DNA of 62,694 nt, filler included. It is 4 parts of 4 records of this genome, joined end to end, with 100 filler letters (N's around TTAATTAATTAA, not from the genome) between each part and the next. Parts side by side here need not be neighbours in the genome. Positions count along the whole stretch, not along the records: positions 22,650 to 48,483 come from SRR20825006_1697; positions 48,584 to 62,694 come from SRR20825006_1699; 2 more parts are not named here. One strand, written 5' to 3'. The translations under genes were made by a program, and so were the position numbers. Positions 40,655 through 49,270 of the stretch are shown here, piece by piece; positions within the stretch are counted from its first letter, which is position 1; every line of letters begins with the position of its first letter. Under the pieces are notes generated by a model. It was not told the origin of the DNA. It ran no database searches and worked only from the letters and a program-made list of their open reading frames with translations.

Positions 40655-42105
40655 GCCGAAGTCTGAACGTTTTCAAGTCGCTTCATTTTTGCGCCATAAT
40701 AACTGATAAGCGGCGCGTAATACCAACTTTTCAAAAGTGCTTTCATTCCTGTTGATGAGAAAACGGAATGCTTTTTAACCAAGTCTTTTGCTTGAATTCT
40801 TCGGAAGAACTTGTGGACAAAACGGTGAACTGTTTTGTAATATTCTTGATTGAACGTATTCTTAAACATCAAAGCGAGTTCATCCGAATCCGTCCAATTG
40901 GATTTTGTTCCCAATTGATCTTTCACAACGTCGTAAAATTTCGTTCCTGGCAGCGGATAAGAAACCGAAACGCCTATATCGTCGGGTTTGTTATTCTCGA
41001 GCATTCGGAAAGTTGATTCTACGTCTTGTTTTGTTTCTCCGAGGTATCCAAACTGCAGAAAATAGGCCACTCGAACTCCAAATTTCTGCAACTGTTCGGT
41101 AGATGTTTTAATTTGTTCGGTTGTAATTCCTTTGTCCATGGCGTCCAGAATCCCTTGCGAACCGCTCTCTGCTCCTAGCCACACTTCTTCCAAACCGGAT
41201 TGAGCCAGTGCATCGATTGTGTCATCTTGTAAAAGCAAATCAGCGCGACTTTGGATTTTATAGCCGATTTTCAGCTTGTTTTCCGTCAATAGATCTCTAA
41301 ATTCTTGTACCCATCCTGGTTTTAGACCAAAAATGTCATCGCACATCCAGAATTTGTTCACATCAAAATTCTCTTTGATCCAAGTTATTTCATCCACCAC
41401 TTTCTGCGGCGATCTAGAATTATATCGATTTCCATAAATGGGCTTCGCGCACCAGTTGCATTTGTATGGACAACCACGCGTTGTTGCTAAATTGAGCGTA
41501 AATTCCTTTCCGCCAGACTCCCAAATTTGCTTGTAAGACTTAGTGTCTATCAAATCCCATGCTGCCATTGGGAGTTCATCCAACTCCTTCAAAACAGAGC
41601 GCCTGCCGGTATTCTTTATTTCGGTGCCTTGCTTAAAGCACATGCCTTTTACTTCGTCAATCTCTTCGTTTGCTTCGAGCTTGTTCACCAATTCCAACAA
41701 GGTCATTTCGCCTTCACCGAGAAGTACAAAGTCTGCGCCTTCTGACAAATAATCCGCAAAATGATCCGTTGAATCGGAACTAGAAACGATCACTGTACAA
41801 CCAGCCTCTTTTCCGAATTTTATCATTCTGAAAGCCGCTTCCCTCATGTTTGTGAGGCACATTTTTGTCAGATAGTTAAATCCGTCATCGTACAACACCA
41901 AATATTTAGGCTGATCTTTTTTTAAGATCGTCACGATTTCATCAGGACTGTTTCTCAATCCAGTATCGAACAATCCAACTTGATAACCGTTCTCCCGCAT
42001 AAATGCAGCAGCGGTGATTGTTCCAAGCGGCGGATAAGGTGTTTTTCCTTTCCATTGCTTAGGATCAAGTTGATAATAATATGCGTGACTAAATAAGATG
42101 TTCAA
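40651..42105 (-). CDS. Cobalamin-binding radical SAM enzyme
   Basis: PYPPLGT, GEGE, RGCPYKCNWC, DDIFG, LGAESGS, YPLPGT. Confidence 0.93.
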   Translation of the reverse strand: MNILFSHAYYYQLDPKQWKGKTPYPPLGTITAAAFMRENGYQVGLFDTGLRNSPDEIVTILKKDQPKYLVLYDDGFNYLTKMCLTNMREAAFRMIKFGKEAGCTVIVSSSDSTDHFADYLSEGADFVLLGEGEMTLLELVNKLEANEEIDEVKGMCFKQGTEIKNTGRRSVLKELDELPMAAWDLIDTKSYKQIWESGGKEFTLNLATTRGCPYKCNWCAKPIYGNRYNSRSPQKVVDEITWIKENFDVNKFWMCDDIFGLKPGWVQEFRDLLTENKLKIGYKIQSRADLLLQDDTIDALAQSGLEEVWLGAESGSQGILDAMDKGITTEQIKTSTEQLQKFGVRVAYFLQFGYLGETKQDVESTFRMLENNKPDDIGVSVSYPLPGTKFYDVVKDQLGTKSNWTDSDELALMFKNTFNQEYYKTVHRFVHKFFRRIQAKDLVKKHSVFSSTGMKALLKSWYYAPLISYYGAKMKRLENVQTSA

Positions 42106-42988
42106 AGCGTTTCAATTTTTCGTTGTATTGATCGAGTACCTTTTTCTGAAAATTACTTGGATGATGCTTGGATACTCGTCGGTTTGTTTTCATCGCCAAT
42201 TCAAATTCTTCGTCTTTAAAATGCCCGAATTTATTCTCCCATCTTTTCAGGGTTATCTTCATGAAGCGTGTATCAAGTAATTCTCCGAGTTGACCATTGA
42301 GTGTTCGCTCCATCAATTTCCCAAACCATCTTTTTTTCAAGCTGGAAGTTGAAGTCAAATCTCTCTCTACTGCAAGTGGATAGTAGCTTGAAGTCCATTT
42401 ATTCTCTTCCTTAAACTGAACATAGATCTCAGGATTGACCATTGGTAAAATGGTAATAATCTCCGTAGCGGTGAATAGATTCTCTTCTGAAATTTTCAAA
42501 TGATCTTCATCTACGAAGTAGTTTACACAAAAGTATTTCCTAGAATTAAGAAGGAAAACCTTTTTGTAGAAGACAAGAAATGTTCTTGCAATCCATAATC
42601 TATTCGGTTGAGTAACGATAAAGAAATCAATGTCACCGTCCTGATGTAGCACACCTTTCGACAAAGATCCAGAGATCATAACGGCGCGAACAAAGGGAAA
42701 TCTTGCTATTAACTGCGCTTTCCGATGAGCGATGTTCATTTTTCGTTTCGCTTCTTCATTCGACTTAACTCTTCTTTCTGCGATTGCCGGGTCGGACTGT
42801 AAACTATAGAACTCATTGTGCTGAAAGACCACTCCTGATTGAGTTAGCTCCCTTAATTCTACTTCAATATTCGTTGAGTCAACATGAGGGATTCGCGAAA
42901 ACTCTGCAATCTCGCCAAGTTTTAGTGGGTGCGAGAATACATCATAATAGGACAAAACTTGAAGAATACTTCCTATATTTGATTTCAA
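42089..42988 (-). CDS. Pol-beta superfamily nucleotidyltransferase-like protein with N-terminal wHTH-like region
   Basis: PFVRAVMISGSLSKG.....GDIDFFIV (GS...DxD); N-terminal YYDVFSHPL...EI...EL..L...G.V. Confidence 0.75.
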   Translation of the reverse strand: MKSNIGSILQVLSYYDVFSHPLKLGEIAEFSRIPHVDSTNIEVELRELTQSGVVFQHNEFYSLQSDPAIAERRVKSNEEAKRKMNIAHRKAQLIARFPFVRAVMISGSLSKGVLHQDGDIDFFIVTQPNRLWIARTFLVFYKKVFLLNSRKYFCVNYFVDEDHLKISEENLFTATEIITILPMVNPEIYVQFKEENKWTSSYYPLAVERDLTSTSSLKKRWFGKLMERTLNGQLGELLDTRFMKITLKRWENKFGHFKDEEFELAMKTNRRVSKHHPSNFQKKVLDQYNEKLKRFEHLI

Positions 42989-43026
42989 CGTAATAGTTTA
43001 AGTTACAATTTGTAAAGATATAGTTA

Positions 43027-44115
43027 TTGACCTATTCAACAAAAATCAGACGGCTGAATGCCGATTATTTTCCTAAAAGAATTTTTCAAGGTCCAGATTG
43101 GATTGTGATGGGCGTGAACAATGTTTGCAATCTTCACTGCAAGATGTGCGACGTTGGAACGAAAAATCTGGAAAGTAACTTCGCGGTAAATTTAATCGGT
43201 ACTCAACCTTTGAATATGCCGATGGAGTTATTCAAACGAATCATTGATCAAGCCGCTGAGTATTATCCGAAGACAAAAATTGGCTACGCATTTACGGAAC
43301 CGTTGGTGTATCCACACTTGGAAGAATCGTTGAAATACGCGCAATCAAAAGGACTTTACACTTCTGTGACAACGAACGCTTTAACACTTAAGCAGAAAGC
43401 AAAAATGCTCGTTGAGAGCGGTCTGAATGATCTTTTCATCTCACTCGACGGACCAGAAGAAATTCACAATGAAATTCGAGGGCACACAAAATCCTTTCAG
43501 AAGGCTGTGGAGGGAATTCAAGAAATCCTGAGTTATCCAAATCCACCGAAGATTTCTATTTTTTGTTGTATTACGGAATGGAATATCGGTCACCTGGAGC
43601 GATTTCTAGACTTTTTTAAAGATTTTCCGCTGGAGCACATTGGGTTTATGCACACCAATTTTACTCCTCAGGAAATTGCCGACAAGCACAATCTGATTTA
43701 CGGAGAAACCTATCGCGCTACCGATTCCAATGTCGATGAAGTTGACATGACCAATATGGATTTGGATCTTTTATGGAACGAAATTGAGCGCATTGAGGCT
43801 ACTGAGAGTTCATTTGATGTCAGTTTTTCTCCAAAGGTGAAATCTAGAGATGAATTAGATACTTTTTATTTCCGCCCAGAACAATTGATGGGAAAAAAAT
43901 GCATGGATGTTTTTTCAAATGTTATGATTAAATCTGACGGGAGTTGTATCCCTGCGCACGGAAGATGTTATCAAGTTGACGCTGGAAATATCTACACGAA
44001 CAATTTGAAGGAAATTTGGAACTCACCCAATTTCGCTGGTTTTCGAAAAACACTCAATGATGCTGGAGGACTGCTTCCTGCTTGCAGTCGCTGCTGCAGT
44101 GGTTTTGGTTCATAA
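43027..44115 (+). CDS. Radical SAM enzyme with twitch/SPASM domain
   Basis: CNLHCKMC, ISLDG....HNEIRG; C-terminal C...IKSDG..IP...C....GNI...L.EIWNS...ACSRCC. Confidence 0.9.
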   Translation: MTYSTKIRRLNADYFPKRIFQGPDWIVMGVNNVCNLHCKMCDVGTKNLESNFAVNLIGTQPLNMPMELFKRIIDQAAEYYPKTKIGYAFTEPLVYPHLEESLKYAQSKGLYTSVTTNALTLKQKAKMLVESGLNDLFISLDGPEEIHNEIRGHTKSFQKAVEGIQEILSYPNPPKISIFCCITEWNIGHLERFLDFFKDFPLEHIGFMHTNFTPQEIADKHNLIYGETYRATDSNVDEVDMTNMDLDLLWNEIERIEATESSFDVSFSPKVKSRDELDTFYFRPEQLMGKKCMDVFSNVMIKSDGSCIPAHGRCYQVDAGNIYTNNLKEIWNSPNFAGFRKTLNDAGGLLPACSRCCSGFGS

Positions 44116-44250
44116 ACTCACGATTCTACGCTTCGATATTTCTTATTCCATAATCCGTTAATTCATAAGTCGTTTGACGTACTTGACACAAAATCTAAAC
44201 AAGCTGTCAAAATAATTACTTCATTTGTTACTAGACAAACAACACGAGCT

Positions 44251-44637
44251 ATGAAAACGCTATCTATTGTATTCTTTTGCATTTTAAGTGCACCATTGTT
44301 TTCTCAGATTAATATCCAGTGGAAAACCATCAATCTTCTAGAGGGATATGAATATGAAGGGAAGATCAAAGTATACATCGACGGTGAATTTGTTGGTGAA
44401 TCGTCGAGTTGCTGGGAATCTGTTATGTGCGATTACAAAGTAAAGGTCAAGGGTGAGCATACTATTAAGATCGAGCAATTTGCAAAGTACAAAGGTACTT
44501 GGGAAGCAAAAACGATTGAAAATGATTACAGCTACAATTATGTGTACGAAGACACCCTGACTTTTAAAAAGAAGCAAACGCTCACGCTCATTTGGGATAC
44601 CGATTCTGAAAACATTGATGTAACTCTCAAAAAATAA
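44251..44637 (+). CDS. Hypothetical secreted protein (PEGA-like beta sandwich)
   Basis: Signal peptide; KVYIDGEFVG...GEHTIKIE. Confidence 0.55.
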   Translation: MKTLSIVFFCILSAPLFSQINIQWKTINLLEGYEYEGKIKVYIDGEFVGESSSCWESVMCDYKVKVKGEHTIKIEQFAKYKGTWEAKTIENDYSYNYVYEDTLTFKKKQTLTLIWDTDSENIDVTLKK

Positions 44638-44703
44638 AGAACTTGAGGGTTTTATAGGTGGAATAGATTGCCTCGCCTCCTCTAAAATTGCTACATTTGG
44701 AGT

Positions 44704-46230
44704 ATGTCTCAACCCAACAACGTACTTCTTTTCAATCCACGTAGCGCCAAGATGAAGCATAGGATTCCAAATTCTATTCTACAAGTCGGCGCATCCATTC
44801 ATGGTAAGTATGAATACGTTTTTGTGGATGGAAATATGGAAACCGATCCTTGGGAAGTGATTGATGATTATCTTTCAAGCAATCAATTTGGTTATTTCGG
44901 CTGTACAGTGATGCCTGGCCCTCAACTTCGAGAAGCCATTCCCTTCGCTCGAAACATTCGTGAAAAGTACCCAAATGTGACTATTATTTGGGGAGGATAT
45001 TTTGCTTCAAATCAATATCAAGTTTGTCTAAATTCTGGTTTTGTTGATTACATCATCAACGGACCTGGAGATACTGCTTTTCCTGAGTTACTGGATTTTC
45101 TTGAAGGAAAAAGTGAAAAGGCATTGGATGAAATCCCCAATCTTATTTATTTTGATGACCAACGGAAGTTTTTAAAAACAAAGAAGGATAATCTACCCGA
45201 TTTAGATAAGCTTCCTAGTCTTCCTTACGAGCATTTCAACTCATTTTACCCGATAAAAAATTATTTAGGAAAAACGTTTTTAGGAAATAAGACGCTTTCT
45301 TATCATTCGAGCTTTGGATGTCCATTTACATGCTCGTTTTGCGCCGTTGTTCCCATTTACAATGCTCGTTGGAAAGGAGCTTCTGCCGAGAAAATCTATA
45401 GCGATATTACCTACTTACGTGAGAAATATGGAATGGATAGTGTTGAGTTTCACGACAACAATTTTTTCACCTCTCGCAAGCGCGTTGTAGAATTTGCCAA
45501 GTTGGTTAAAAACGATGGTATTACTTGGTGGGGAGAAGGAAGAATCGATACGATTGATAAATATTCCGATGAAGATCTTGTGTTAATGCGCGAAGCAGGT
45601 TGTAAGATGATCTTTCTTGGCGCAGAAACTGGAAACGATGAAATCCTTAAACAAATGGACAAGGGAGGAAATCAATCTGGGGATCAAATTAGAACGTTTG
45701 CTGCACGACTGCATCGCGTTGGGATTATTCCTGAGATGTCGTTTGTTTTGGGAATGCCTGCAGATACTGAGGCAGAAGTTACAAAGCAAATTGAATTTGA
45801 CATAAATTTCATCCGAGAGATTAAATCGATCAATCCAACGGCGGAAATCATAATCTACGTCTATAGTCCCGTTCCAACGGAAGGATCAGATCTCTACGAT
45901 CAAATTTCTGCGGCGGGATTCAAATTCCCAGAAACCTTGGAGGATTGGTTAGATCCTGTTTGGGAGAATTTCGATTTACGAAAAAACCCATTAACTCCTT
46001 GGCTGACGGCAAAAATGATTAGTAGAATAAAGAATTTCGAGACTGTTTTGAACGGATACTATCCAACTGCCACGGATTATCGTGTAAAAGGATTCAAAAA
46101 ATGGCTCTTACGAAGCACCTCATTCCCACGGTACAAACTTGGATTTTATTCCTTGCCCTACGACATCAAATTGATGCATAAAGTTTGGAAATATCGTCAA
46201 CCAGAAATTGAAGGATTCTACAAAGAGTAA
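44704..46230 (+). CDS. Cobalamin-binding radical SAM enzyme
   Basis: RIPNSIL, WGGYF, GPG(D), FGCPFTCSFC, HDNNFF, LGAETG, YSPVP. Confidence 0.92.
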   Translation: MSQPNNVLLFNPRSAKMKHRIPNSILQVGASIHGKYEYVFVDGNMETDPWEVIDDYLSSNQFGYFGCTVMPGPQLREAIPFARNIREKYPNVTIIWGGYFASNQYQVCLNSGFVDYIINGPGDTAFPELLDFLEGKSEKALDEIPNLIYFDDQRKFLKTKKDNLPDLDKLPSLPYEHFNSFYPIKNYLGKTFLGNKTLSYHSSFGCPFTCSFCAVVPIYNARWKGASAEKIYSDITYLREKYGMDSVEFHDNNFFTSRKRVVEFAKLVKNDGITWWGEGRIDTIDKYSDEDLVLMREAGCKMIFLGAETGNDEILKQMDKGGNQSGDQIRTFAARLHRVGIIPEMSFVLGMPADTEAEVTKQIEFDINFIREIKSINPTAEIIIYVYSPVPTEGSDLYDQISAAGFKFPETLEDWLDPVWENFDLRKNPLTPWLTAKMISRIKNFETVLNGYYPTATDYRVKGFKKWLLRSTSFPRYKLGFYSLPYDIKLMHKVWKYRQPEIEGFYKE

Positions 46231-46244
46231 ATCAGAATCTTCAA

Positions 46245-46658
46245 TTAATCTTTACACTGTTTTCCCACTTCCTCTGCGTCTATTCGATTGATTGGAATCT
46301 CTAGGTATTCATCCTCAATTGGATCGTATTCAAATAGTTTAACCATTTGAGGGTCAAAAGCAAATCGAGCGATTGAAGTAATGTGATCGTCGAAATTCTC
46401 AAAGACATTAAACTCGTACAATGGTGAAAATCCATCAATTCCATCCCTACTTGGATTTGGACTTTCCACGAGCATCATTCCAAAGTCAATGTTTCCTATT
46501 TTCTCCTGAAACCTATCTGAATCGTAAATCAACTGTTCAATAGCGGACAGACAATTCTGATGCTCGGCATCAAAATCACCCATGCTTTCTGTAACTTGTG
46601 CAAATCCAGTTGAAGTTGCAAAAAGTCCCAAAAAACCCAAGAATCGAAGACATTTCAT
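46245..46658 (-). CDS. Hypothetical secreted protein
   Basis: Signal peptide GFA-Q; acidic. Confidence 0.55.
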   Translation of the reverse strand: MKCLRFLGFLGLFATSTGFAQVTESMGDFDAEHQNCLSAIEQLIYDSDRFQEKIGNIDFGMMLVESPNPSRDGIDGFSPLYEFNVFENFDDHITSIARFAFDPQMVKLFEYDPIEDEYLEIPINRIDAEEVGKQCKD

Positions 46659-46674
46659 CTTTTAGATATTTAAA

Positions 46675-47490
46675 TTAGTATTGTTCTTCCTCATTCGGGA
46701 AATCACCAGACTTCACATCTTCAATGTATCGATGGAACGATCCTAGCATTTCTTGATACAAGTTATGATATTTACGCAAGAATCTTGGATTAAATTCATT
46801 GTTAATTCCAAGCATGTCGTGAACAACTAATACTTGTCCATCTACTTCGTTTCCTGCACCAATTCCGATTACTGGAATTGTAACTACTTTTGCCACTTTT
46901 GCGGCTAGTTTAGCAGGTATTTTCTCTAAAACAATCGCGAAACATCCGGCTTCTTCGAGCAGTTTAGCATCTTCTATTAATCGATCAGCTTCCTCCTCTT
47001 CTTTTGCGCGAACCACGTACGTTCCGAACTTATATATTGATTGTGGAGTTAATCCAAGATGCCCCATTACTGGGATTCCAGCAGATAAAATTCGATTCAC
47101 AGATTCCAGAACCTCTCTTCCACCTTCCAATTTCACGGCATGCCCACCAGACTCTTTCATGATTCGGATCGCACTTGAAAGCGCTTCACGCGAATTCCCT
47201 TGATAACTTCCAAACGGCATATCTACAACTACCAGCGCTCTATCCACTCCTCTTACTACAGAAGATGCGTGGTAAATCATTTGATCTAATGTGATCGGAA
47301 GCGTTGTTTCGTGCCCCGCCATAACGTTAGAAGCAGAGTCACCTACCAAGATGACATCAATTCCTGCAGTATCAATAATTCGCGCCATCGAGAAATCGTA
47401 TCCCGTAAGCATACTTATCTTTTCACCCTCGTTTTTCATGTTTTGTAATACATGCGTGGTGACTCTTTTTACATTCGTGTGTACTGACAT
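46675..47490 (-). CDS. panB: 3-methyl-2-oxobutanoate hydroxymethyltransferase
   Basis: [38 protein letters not shown]...DGQVLV. Confidence 0.97.
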   Translation of the reverse strand: MSVHTNVKRVTTHVLQNMKNEGEKISMLTGYDFSMARIIDTAGIDVILVGDSASNVMAGHETTLPITLDQMIYHASSVVRGVDRALVVVDMPFGSYQGNSREALSSAIRIMKESGGHAVKLEGGREVLESVNRILSAGIPVMGHLGLTPQSIYKFGTYVVRAKEEEEADRLIEDAKLLEEAGCFAIVLEKIPAKLAAKVAKVVTIPVIGIGAGNEVDGQVLVVHDMLGINNEFNPRFLRKYHNLYQEMLGSFHRYIEDVKSGDFPNEEEQY

Positions 47491-47691
47491 ATATTCAGTC
47501 TTTAATTTTATTCAAATCTACGGAAATCCCTATAAAAATTCCAAGCGGAGCCATTAGTGCTTTCAATATCCTTTGCGAACTCGAGAAAATTGCCTTATTT
47601 TTGCAAAAAAAATAATTCTACATAGTGATAATACAGAATTTCTATGTAATATTGCACCCCGTTTCGGCGGACATAATAGAAACAAAGCGAC

Positions 47692-48048
47692 ATGGATTTT
47701 ATAAAAGAACTTGAAAGAGAACTAATTGAGTTAAACGACCTTCCTCGATTTAAGAGTGGAGATACAGTAACTGTCTCTTACAAAATTAAAGAGGGTGCTA
47801 AAGAACGTATCCAACAGTTTCAAGGTGTTGTATTGCAACGCAAAGGAGCTGGAATGACTGAAACATTTACAGTTCGTAAAATGTCAGGTAACGTTGGTGT
47901 AGAACGTATTTTCCCTGTAAACTCTCCTTTTATTGAGAGTATTGCGGTTAATAAGAGAGGTCATGTACGTCGTGCTCGTATCTTCTACTTCCGTGAAAGA
48001 ACTGGTAAATCAGCTCGAATTAGAGAGAAGCGTTCATTCGCTCACTAG
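47692..48048 (+). CDS. rplS: 50S ribosomal protein L19
   Basis: F.SGDTV.V...IKEG.KERIQ.F.G, TFTVRK.S..VGVER.FP, G.VRRA...Y.R. Confidence 0.98.
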   Translation: MDFIKELERELIELNDLPRFKSGDTVTVSYKIKEGAKERIQQFQGVVLQRKGAGMTETFTVRKMSGNVGVERIFPVNSPFIESIAVNKRGHVRRARIFYFRERTGKSARIREKRSFAH

Positions 48049-48068
48049 AATTTCGACAAATCATATTG

Positions 48069-48106
48069 AATCTCGATCCTACCTTATTGGCGGATCGGGA
48101 TTTTTT
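48069..48106 (+). terminator. Intrinsic terminator after rplS
   Basis: AATCTCGATCC...GGATCGGGATT followed by T run. Confidence 0.8.
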
Positions 48107-48393
48107 CGTTTGTACTCTCTCGGTCTGAGATCATATTAACTATTACTTGACTGCTGTAGATAACACGATTGCTCAATTCCTTACATTCTTTTTAGAATAC
48201 ACTCAGCTTATTCTTGATGCTAATGTCTAAAACAAAAAATGACTTTAAGAAGAGTGGAATTCTTTTGACTATCTATAAGTGATCAAGAAACAGCTCGGAT
48301 TACTCAAGATGATCATCTTTTACGGATTTTAGGTGAGAAAAAACTATTTAATCCTTTCATTCACCTTTAATACTGTTAAATAACTCTTATTTT

Positions 48394-48425
48394 TTTGAAG
48401 ATTAAGTAATGAGGTCATATCTTTG
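48394..48425 (+). promoter_or_regulatory. Complete Bacteroidota -33/-7 promoter
   Basis: TTTG (48394-48397), 20-nt spacer, TATCTTTG (48418-48425). Confidence 0.65.
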
Positions 48426-48447
48426 TCCCCCAAACAAAAAATCAGCA

Positions 48448-48483
48448 GTGTTCAAATTTGCAGTAATAGGAGCAGGACATATC
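48448..48483 (+). CDS. 5' fragment of a Gfo/Idh/MocA oxidoreductase, cut by the contig end
   Basis: GTG start giving MFKFAVIGAGHI; the last 30 nt are the exact reverse complement of 13351-13380. Confidence 0.6.
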
Positions 48484-48583
48484 NNNNNNNNNNNNNNNNN
48501 NNNNNNNNNNNNNNNNNNNNNNNNNNNTTAATTAATTAANNNNNNNNNNNNNNNNNNNNNNNNNNNNNNNNNNNNNNNNNNNN
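48484..48583. other. Artificial contig linker
   Basis: N run + TTAATTAATTAA + N run, 100 nt. Confidence 0.99.
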
Positions 48584-48591
48584 TAAACCCG

Positions 48592-48674
48592 TGCCCTGGA
48601 CTGGATTCGAACCAGCACACACATAGTGCACCACCCCCTCAAGATGGCATGTCTACCAATTTCACCACCAGGGC
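48592..48674 (-). tRNA. tRNA-Leu(GAG)
   Basis: Acceptor GCCCTGG/CCAGGGC+A, D-loop AATTGGTAGAC, anticodon arm CCATC-TTGAGGG-GGTGG, long variable arm, T-arm GGTTCGAATCC; CCA not encoded; TATATTTG promoter at 48723-48730. Confidence 0.95.
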
Positions 48675-48783
48675 ATCTTACTTTTCAATCAAAACAAACA
48701 TACTTAGATTGCTAAGCGGATGCAAATATACGAATTTCTTCTATTTTCAGCGCGTATTTCTAAAATCTAGGCGACGCAAATTG

Positions 48784-49266
48784 CTAATTCAAATGAAATG
48801 AGGAAAATATGGCAATAAATACGATCGCAAATTTGAGATCTTCTTCAAGATTATCAGCATCAATGTCTACTTTCCATCGCTCAAAATTGTTGGAAAATAC
48901 TGTTCGAATTGAGCCGTCCGCATCTCCAGAAATGGACCAACGTTCGTAGTCATCGGAAAAAGTGGTTCGCACCCGAATCGTTTTGCCATGTCCCTTAATT
49001 TCCCAACCGTCGAAATCATCAGAAAAGACAGTCTTAAATTCTACGTCACTTCCAACTTGCCAGCGATCCCAATCGTTTGAGAAAACAGTTTTGATCCTAT
49101 AACTTCCTACTTTCCATTCGTCCCAATCATTCGAGAAAACTGTTTGAAATTCCTTGCCGTCGAATTTCCAACGAGAAAGATCTTTCGTGAACACAGTATT
49201 CAAGTCCTGAGCGAAAAGAACACTTGAAGAACTAAATAGAACAATAAATAAAATGCGTTTTATCAT
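48784..49266 (-). CDS. Secreted protein made of six TVFSxD-aromatic-xxW repeats
   Basis: Signal peptide from ATG 49266 (MIKRILF...LFA-Q); repeats TVFTKDLSRW, TVFSNDWDEW, TVFSNDWDRW, TVFSDDFDGW, TTFSDDYERW, TVFSNNFERW. Confidence 0.75.
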   Translation of the reverse strand: MIKRILFIVLFSSSSVLFAQDLNTVFTKDLSRWKFDGKEFQTVFSNDWDEWKVGSYRIKTVFSNDWDRWQVGSDVEFKTVFSDDFDGWEIKGHGKTIRVRTTFSDDYERWSISGDADGSIRTVFSNNFERWKVDIDADNLEEDLKFAIVFIAIFSSFHLN

Positions 49267-49270
49267 AGTT

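Noticed and set aside
42089-42988. Nucleotidyltransferase as a CBASS cyclase or MNT-HEPN toxin-antitoxin component
   Set aside because: No effector, Cap or HEPN partner is adjacent; it overlaps a biosynthetic rSAM gene.
38508-46230. Radical SAM cluster as a RiPP or hopanoid locus
   Set aside because: No precursor peptide, RRE/PqqD domain, peptidase-transporter or squalene-hopene cyclase is visible in the window; glycan genes dominate the context. Genes elsewhere in the genome are not excluded.
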